NCBI GenBank assembly: GCA_039798785.1
Contig: JBDKFG010000078.1
Location: 1 to 30,581 of the forward strand
DNA length: 30,581 nt
Direction: 5' to 3'
Origin: Verrucomicrobiota bacterium
GTDB taxonomy: Bacteria > Verrucomicrobiota > Lentisphaeria > Lentisphaerales > Lentisphaeraceae
Shown piece by piece: positions 25,771 through 30,581 of this stretch; the first letter of the stretch is position 1; the number at the start of each line of letters is the position of its first letter. Below the pieces are notes generated by a model, which saw nothing but the letters and a program-made list of their open reading frames with translations, made no database searches and had not been told where the DNA came from. Made by a program: the position numbers and the translations under genes.

Positions 25771-25871
25771 TTGCGCCCTGGCGTCTTGGATGCGCGCGAG
25801 AATTTCGCGGAGTTTTCTTGAGTTCCGCCGCCGCAGGCACTAGCTTTCCTCATTCAACCCCGGAGAAGTCG

Positions 25872-26747
25872 ATGTCCCGTCTCGCCGCCACACTGTCGCT
25901 CGCCGCCCTCCTCGCCGCCACGTCCTGCAGCAGCCAGCCGAGCCCCAAGCCGATGCCGAACTTTTGCGGCTACCACCTCGGCATGAAGCTGGAAGAGGTG
26001 CCGATGGAGGGGGTCACGGCCACTTTCATCCTGAGTTCCAGAGACTCTCATTGGATTGAAAGCGTTCTCAAGGATCAAGGCTATTCTGATATCGTAAACT
26101 CAAAACGTAGTCGCGCTCACGGGACCACTCCCAAAAAAGCTCTCACCTTGGAAAAACGCCCGGAGGAGAACTCCTTGCCGATCCGCCAGCCGCTTCGTTT
26201 CAAGCATGCGATTCCTGATGTCGGAGAGGTGGATTTCAGGCTCAAGGAAATCTTTTATGAAGGGATTTACGGGACGACTCAAGGCGATATCACTCGGCAT
26301 GAAATTGAGCTTGATCGCATCACCATTGTCGGCAAGTCCAACGCCATTCCCATCAAGAACTATCTGCCGACCTCGGATCGCAATGGAGGAATTCGTATCA
26401 ATGAAAATGAAATAGCTCGTTACACTCTGAACAAAAGCCAGCCATTGCTCTCGTTTCAGGATGGAAAGCTGAATCGCATTGAATACCCCATTTCGATGTT
26501 TGGTGCCGATGATATTGAGGTTCTTCGCCTTCAGGTCGAAGCGGAACTCGGCCTCAGCTTCGTCAAAATCGTCAGCGGCGAATCCTGGTATTATGAAGCC
26601 CGGTCACCGGAGCAGGGTTACAAGATCCTGCTCGATCCTACTGGCATGATTACCGAACGATCCGGCCGCATCGCCACGCTCTCCATCGAGCGCATCGCCA
26701 AGATCTCGGACGTCAAACTCGACAACCGCCCGCTTCCCGAGAAATGA
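25872..26747 (+). CDS. Hypothetical lipoprotein
   Basis: GGAG RBS; signal peptide ending LLAATSC (lipobox-like); AT-richer central part. Confidence 0.75.
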   Translation: MSRLAATLSLAALLAATSCSSQPSPKPMPNFCGYHLGMKLEEVPMEGVTATFILSSRDSHWIESVLKDQGYSDIVNSKRSRAHGTTPKKALTLEKRPEENSLPIRQPLRFKHAIPDVGEVDFRLKEIFYEGIYGTTQGDITRHEIELDRITIVGKSNAIPIKNYLPTSDRNGGIRINENEIARYTLNKSQPLLSFQDGKLNRIEYPISMFGADDIEVLRLQVEAELGLSFVKIVSGESWYYEARSPEQGYKILLDPTGMITERSGRIATLSIERIAKISDVKLDNRPLPEK

Positions 26748-26787
26748 TGCCCGTGATGGATCAGCGGCCCTCGAATCCCGGTGACGC

Positions 26788-27663
26788 ATGATCCCCGTCC
26801 GCCTCAACCTCACCCTCTGCCTCGTGCTGATCCCGGCGCTGTCCGGCTTGCTGCTGCTTGCCGCCTGCCGCGATTGGGGCTGGGAACTCGTCCTTCTCGC
26901 CCTGAGCTACACCTGGTTCGGGCATCTCGCCTACGCGCTGCTGCACGAGGCCGAGCACGGCGTCTTGATGCCGTCGCGGCGGCTCAACAACGCCCTGGGC
27001 GTCCTGCTCGGGCTCTTCTTCCCGGCGCCCTTTCACCTGTTGCGGCAGGGACACCTGCACCACCACCGCGCCAACCGCGGCCCGGGCGAGTGTTTCGATC
27101 TGATCCAGCCCGGTGAAAACCGCTGGTGGAAGCGCACGGTTTTCTACGGCATCCTGTGCGGCACTTTCTGGCTGACCACGGTCACCTTGGGCAACCTCGT
27201 CGCGGCGCTCTGGCCCGGGCTCTTGCGTCGCCTTCCCGGCGGCTTCGATCGCGCCACCCAGGAACTCGGACAAAGCCTGGATCCCGATGCCGATCTGGCC
27301 ATCCGCCTCGAGGCCTGGGCGATCTTCGCGATCTACGGCGCGTTGTTCTTTTTCGCCCCGCATCCCGGCCAGGCACTGCTGCTCTTGGCAAGCTTTGGCG
27401 TCAGCTGGTCGAGCATCCAATATGTCCACCATTTCGGCAGCCCGCGCGACAGCCAGCGCGGCGCCTGGAATCTGCACCTGCCGCATCCCTGGCTCGACCG
27501 CCTGCTCCTCAACCACAACCTGCACTACCGCCATCATCAGCGTCCCGAACTTCCCTGGACCGAGCTGCCGCGTCAGCCGCTGCCCGGCGAACCCGAGTCA
27601 GTCCCCTTCTTCCTCGCCTGGCTGCGGCAGTGGCGCGGACCCCGGCCGGAAAAACCCTCATGA
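26788..27663 (+). CDS. Membrane fatty-acid desaturase family protein
   Basis: His boxes HEAEH, HLHHH and NLHYRHH, plus QYVHH; stop overlaps the next ATG (ATGA). Confidence 0.88.
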   Translation: MIPVRLNLTLCLVLIPALSGLLLLAACRDWGWELVLLALSYTWFGHLAYALLHEAEHGVLMPSRRLNNALGVLLGLFFPAPFHLLRQGHLHHHRANRGPGECFDLIQPGENRWWKRTVFYGILCGTFWLTTVTLGNLVAALWPGLLRRLPGGFDRATQELGQSLDPDADLAIRLEAWAIFAIYGALFFFAPHPGQALLLLASFGVSWSSIQYVHHFGSPRDSQRGAWNLHLPHPWLDRLLLNHNLHYRHHQRPELPWTELPRQPLPGEPESVPFFLAWLRQWRGPRPEKPS

Positions 27664-28466
27664 AACCCCTCTGCCCGATCAACTGCCTGCGCGTCGGCGG
27701 CGCCCATCTGGCCCTGCTGGCGGGATTCTGGGTCGGTGTCAGCCCGGCGGCTTTGCTGGTCGGCCTCGGTGCCTTCTACCTGCGGCTGTTTGCGGTCACC
27801 GCGATCTACCATCGCCACCTGAGCCACGGCTCCTTCACCATGCCCCGCTGGTTCCGCTTTCTCATGACCCTGCTGGCCTGCTCGGCCGGGCAGCAAGGAC
27901 CGGTGACCTGGGTGAGCAGCCACCGCGCCCATCACGCCTGTGCCGACCGCGACGGCGATCCCCATTCCCCGGTGACCCATAGCTTCTGGCACGCCCATCT
28001 CGGCTGGCTGCTGCGTCGCGAGGCCCTGACCTGTGATCCCCGGCTGGTCGAAGAATGGCGCCAGAGCGCGCCGGAACTGCTCCTGATCGAACGCTACAAA
28101 GCCTTGCCGACACTGCTGCTTTTCCTCGCTCTCGCCGGACTCGGCTACGGCCTGCAAAGCACTTGGCCGGAACTGCACACCTCGCCGCTGCAGATGCTCT
28201 ACTGGGGCGGACTGGTCAGCACCCTGGCGATCCTGCACAGCGCTTGTTCAGTGAATTCCCTCGCGCACCGCTTCGGCCATCGCGATCCCCGCAATCCCGA
28301 CCGCAGTGGCGACCTCCCTTGGTTGAGCTTCTATTGTCTCGGCGAGAACTATCACGCCCGGCATCACCAGCAGCCGCGGCGTCTGCGCACCGGCTTTTCC
28401 GATCCCACCGCGCTGCTGCTCGAAGGCCTGGCTCGCCTCGGTCTGGTGAAGGAGATTGTGAGATGA
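27660..28466 (+). CDS. Acyl-CoA/acyl-lipid delta-9-type desaturase
   Basis: YHRHLSH, QQGP..W...HRAHH...D.DPHSP, SVNSLAH and GENYHARHH motifs. Confidence 0.9.
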   Translation: MKPLCPINCLRVGGAHLALLAGFWVGVSPAALLVGLGAFYLRLFAVTAIYHRHLSHGSFTMPRWFRFLMTLLACSAGQQGPVTWVSSHRAHHACADRDGDPHSPVTHSFWHAHLGWLLRREALTCDPRLVEEWRQSAPELLLIERYKALPTLLLFLALAGLGYGLQSTWPELHTSPLQMLYWGGLVSTLAILHSACSVNSLAHRFGHRDPRNPDRSGDLPWLSFYCLGENYHARHHQQPRRLRTGFSDPTALLLEGLARLGLVKEIVR

Positions 28467-28473
28467 GCACTCC

Positions 28474-28518
28474 ACCGGCGCTCCCGACAGAACTAACCGG
28501 CTGGCAGCCGGCGCTCCC
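28474..28518. repeat. REP-like remnant (CCGGCGCTCCC twice; CCGGCTG-G-CAGCCGG palindrome)
   Basis: accggcgctccc at 28474-28485 and accggctggcagccggcgctccc at 28496-28518. Confidence 0.55.
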
Positions 28519-28548
28519 AGGTTTAACCCCATAACCCCGGCTCCCCCC

Positions 28549-29166
28549 ATGCTCCTCTTCCGCCTCGCCGCCTGGCTGCCGCTGCTCCATGTGCTGCTCG
28601 CCGCCTTCTTGTTCTGGCGTCTGCCCTGGGCGACGGCTCTCGGCTTCTTCGCCATTTGGCTCTACCTGATCGTGCCGCTGCTCTGCCACCTGCTGCTGTT
28701 CGGTGTGCCGCTTGATGGTGAGCCGCTCGACCAGGACAGCCGCGGCTTCAAGCTGTGGTGGTTCTCCTGGCAGCTGCAGTGCGTCTTCGACCGCCTGACC
28801 TTCCTGGAGGAGATCCTGCGATTGGTGCCGGGCCTCTACTCGGCTTGGCTGCATCTGTGGGGCAGCCGCTGTTCGCTCAGCACCTTCTGGGCTCCCGGTT
28901 CACGGCTCTATGACCGCGGACTGGCGCGAACAGGTCCCGGCAGCAGCATCGGCGGCTTTGCCACCTTGTGCCCGCACATGGTGAGCCCCGAAAACGGCCG
29001 ACTCGTCCTCATCGTCGCACCGATCACCCTCGAGGCCGGCGCGATGGTCGGCGGGCGGGCCCTGCTCTCTCCCGGCGTTTATCTCGAGGCCGGGGCGATC
29101 GCCCGCGCCTTCAAAGCCTATCCACCGAAAATGCGTTTACAGTCAAAGGCCAGCCCCGATGCTTGA
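28549..29166 (+). CDS. Acyltransferase-like protein with left-handed beta-helix (hexapeptide) C-terminus
   Basis: N-terminal TM segments; LEEILRLVPGLYSAWLHLWGS; ITLEAGAMVGGRALLSPGVYLEAGA hexapeptide pattern. Confidence 0.75.
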   Translation: MLLFRLAAWLPLLHVLLAAFLFWRLPWATALGFFAIWLYLIVPLLCHLLLFGVPLDGEPLDQDSRGFKLWWFSWQLQCVFDRLTFLEEILRLVPGLYSAWLHLWGSRCSLSTFWAPGSRLYDRGLARTGPGSSIGGFATLCPHMVSPENGRLVLIVAPITLEAGAMVGGRALLSPGVYLEAGAIARAFKAYPPKMRLQSKASPDA

Positions 29167-29773
29167 CCGCTTGTCGACTCACTGGCGCTTCAAACTGGCC
29201 GCGGGCCTGTCGATGAACCTCGTCGTCCTCGGCGGCTACCATCTGGCGCAGCGGCGCGGCGGCGAGGCTTTTGCCATCCCCGCAATTCTCGGCGAAGAGC
29301 GTCTGCCCTTCCTGCCGGAATGGACGCCGCTCTACCTCAGCTCCTTCCTCTTCTCCGGTCTCGGCTTCTGGCTTTGCGCCGAACGCGAGCTGCTGCGCCG
29401 CCAGCTCTGGGCGGTGGGGCTGTGCGGCGTCAGCGCCGTGACCTGCTTCCTCCTCTGGCCGAGCGCCTGCCCGCGACCACCCTTCGAGGCGAAGGGTCTC
29501 TACGCCTGCTTGCTGCAGCTCGATTCCCCCCTCAACGCCTGCCCCTCGCTGCACGCCGCGATGCCATTGTTGAGCTTGCTGGCTCTGCGCCGACAGAAAT
29601 TCCCCCCTCTCTGCCAAGCCGGATTTCTCCTCTGGACGCTTGCCATTTGGGCCTCGACCCTCTTTCTTCACCAACATCGCCTCATCGATCTCTCCGCCGG
29701 ATTTGCGCTCGCCGCGATCTGCTGGATCATCAGCGCCAGAATCTCCTCGCCCCAACCCAGGACCACACCATGA
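29159..29773 (+). CDS. PAP2-superfamily membrane phosphatase/phosphotransferase (AUR1/IPT1-like)
   Basis: P...PRP, D...NACPSLH and STLFLHQHRLIDL catalytic motifs; overlaps the upstream gene by 8 nt. Confidence 0.85.
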   Translation: MLDRLSTHWRFKLAAGLSMNLVVLGGYHLAQRRGGEAFAIPAILGEERLPFLPEWTPLYLSSFLFSGLGFWLCAERELLRRQLWAVGLCGVSAVTCFLLWPSACPRPPFEAKGLYACLLQLDSPLNACPSLHAAMPLLSLLALRRQKFPPLCQAGFLLWTLAIWASTLFLHQHRLIDLSAGFALAAICWIISARISSPQPRTTP

Positions 29774-30441
29774 AAATCGCCCTTGCCGCCAGCCTCCTCC
29801 TCTGCAGCGCCCTCTTCAGCCAGGCCGAGGACGCGGCCGCGCCCGCCGATAACGCCGCCATCGATCTGGTTTCCGATGTCAAGATGATCAGCAGTCGCAA
29901 GGCAAATCCGGGATCCGGCGATGCCGCCCAGGCCGCGGCGATCGCCGCAGTCCGCGCCTTGATGCCGGTCTACGAAAAGGCCATCGGCAGCGGCGACATC
30001 GCCGCCCTCAAGCCCCTGTTCACCGCCGACTGCGAGGTGGTCACCCTGACCGGCAGCGAGCTGAAGGGCTTCGACGCCCTCAGCGCCTGGTGGGGCAAGG
30101 TCCGCTCCTACATGGGCGAAGGCGGCTCGATGAGCGTCAAGCTGCTGCCCGGGACGCCGTCGATCTTCCTTGCCGACGGCTGCATCCTGGCGCGCGGCAA
30201 AAGCGAGGAGACGATGACGGCCCAGGGCAAGACCTTCAGCTACACCTCGTACTGGACGGTGATCCTGCAGCAGCAGCCCGACGCCTCGTGGAAGGTGCGC
30301 CGGCTGCACGCCTCGATCGACGCCATCGACAACCCCTTCGTCGCGGCGAAGGAGAAGACCCGTTCCCTCCTCTGGGCCCTCGGCGCCCTGCTGGGCGGCC
30401 TCGGCCTGGGCTACGCCTTCGGCCGCCGCCGTCCAGCCTGA
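29770..30441 (+). CDS. NTF2-like (DUF4440/SnoaL) protein with signal peptide and C-terminal membrane anchor
   Basis: MKIALAASLLLCSALFSQA signal; YEKAIGSGDIAAL..LFTAD and WTVIL....WKVRRLHASID motifs; C-terminal TM plus RRR; ATGA overlap with the upstream gene. Confidence 0.82.
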   Translation: MKIALAASLLLCSALFSQAEDAAAPADNAAIDLVSDVKMISSRKANPGSGDAAQAAAIAAVRALMPVYEKAIGSGDIAALKPLFTADCEVVTLTGSELKGFDALSAWWGKVRSYMGEGGSMSVKLLPGTPSIFLADGCILARGKSEETMTAQGKTFSYTSYWTVILQQQPDASWKVRRLHASIDAIDNPFVAAKEKTRSLLWALGALLGGLGLGYAFGRRRPA

Positions 30442-30581
30442 AGACTTCGCCGGAAGTCCGCGGCACTGAACAAGCACTGCGGTTTTTAGATGCTTCCCGC
30501 TTCACATGATACACGCCGTGTATCATAATCATAACACTCTGCAATCAAGAAAGTTGACCCTTGATTTTGGGCGGAAAGTCG

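Noticed and set aside
11872..26787. Cargo genes as integron cassettes or prophage
   Set aside because: No consistent RYYYAAC...GTTRRRY attC structures, and no integrase, transposase or phage structural genes were seen.
30443..30581. Small hairpin GACTTC-gccg-GAAGTC and AT-rich promoter-like sequence at the window end
   Set aside because: The stem is short with no adjacent U tract and the downstream gene is outside the window, so neither can be supported.

Overview
High-GC bacterial DNA, most consistent with the PVC superphylum (Planctomycete-type cytochrome c DUF1549/DUF1553 and DUF1501 genes). Almost all real genes are on the + strand; the long minus-strand ORFs are shadows. Left part (1-8.1 kb): gene end plus terminator, a divergent AraC regulator, a three-gene PVC-type cytochrome c / DUF1501 / LRR-discoidin module, an ATPase remnant and a DUF6968-like-AraC fusion. 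Right part (8.4-30.4 kb): a co-oriented, partly translationally coupled biosynthetic operon with no PKS, NRPS or ACP gene in the window. It encodes a desaturase-UnbU(E5)-UnbV(E4)-like triple fusion, a Rieske oxygenase, a membrane protein, two GNAT-like proteins, a GH3 acyl-adenylate ligase, an AurF-like di-iron oxygenase, two more desaturases, a hexapeptide-type acyltransferase, a PAP2/AUR1-like enzyme and an NTF2-like protein. The operon is repeatedly interrupted between genes by unrelated cargo (AAA_14/DUF4143 ATPase, CPCC protein, Prok-RING_4/TROVE-like/TerD protein, RhuM, GxxExxY nuclease, lipoprotein), by several families of small inverted/tandem repeats and by duplicated gene ends. The most notable signals are: (i) the PKS-less enediyne-E4/E5-like lipid-tailoring cluster; (ii) a 30-bp CAGAT-triplet repeat element present both around a GxxExxY nuclease gene and as an empty copy; (iii) a candidate structured RNA directly upstream of the TROVE-like RING protein. 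All family calls come from motif recognition by eye, not from database searches.
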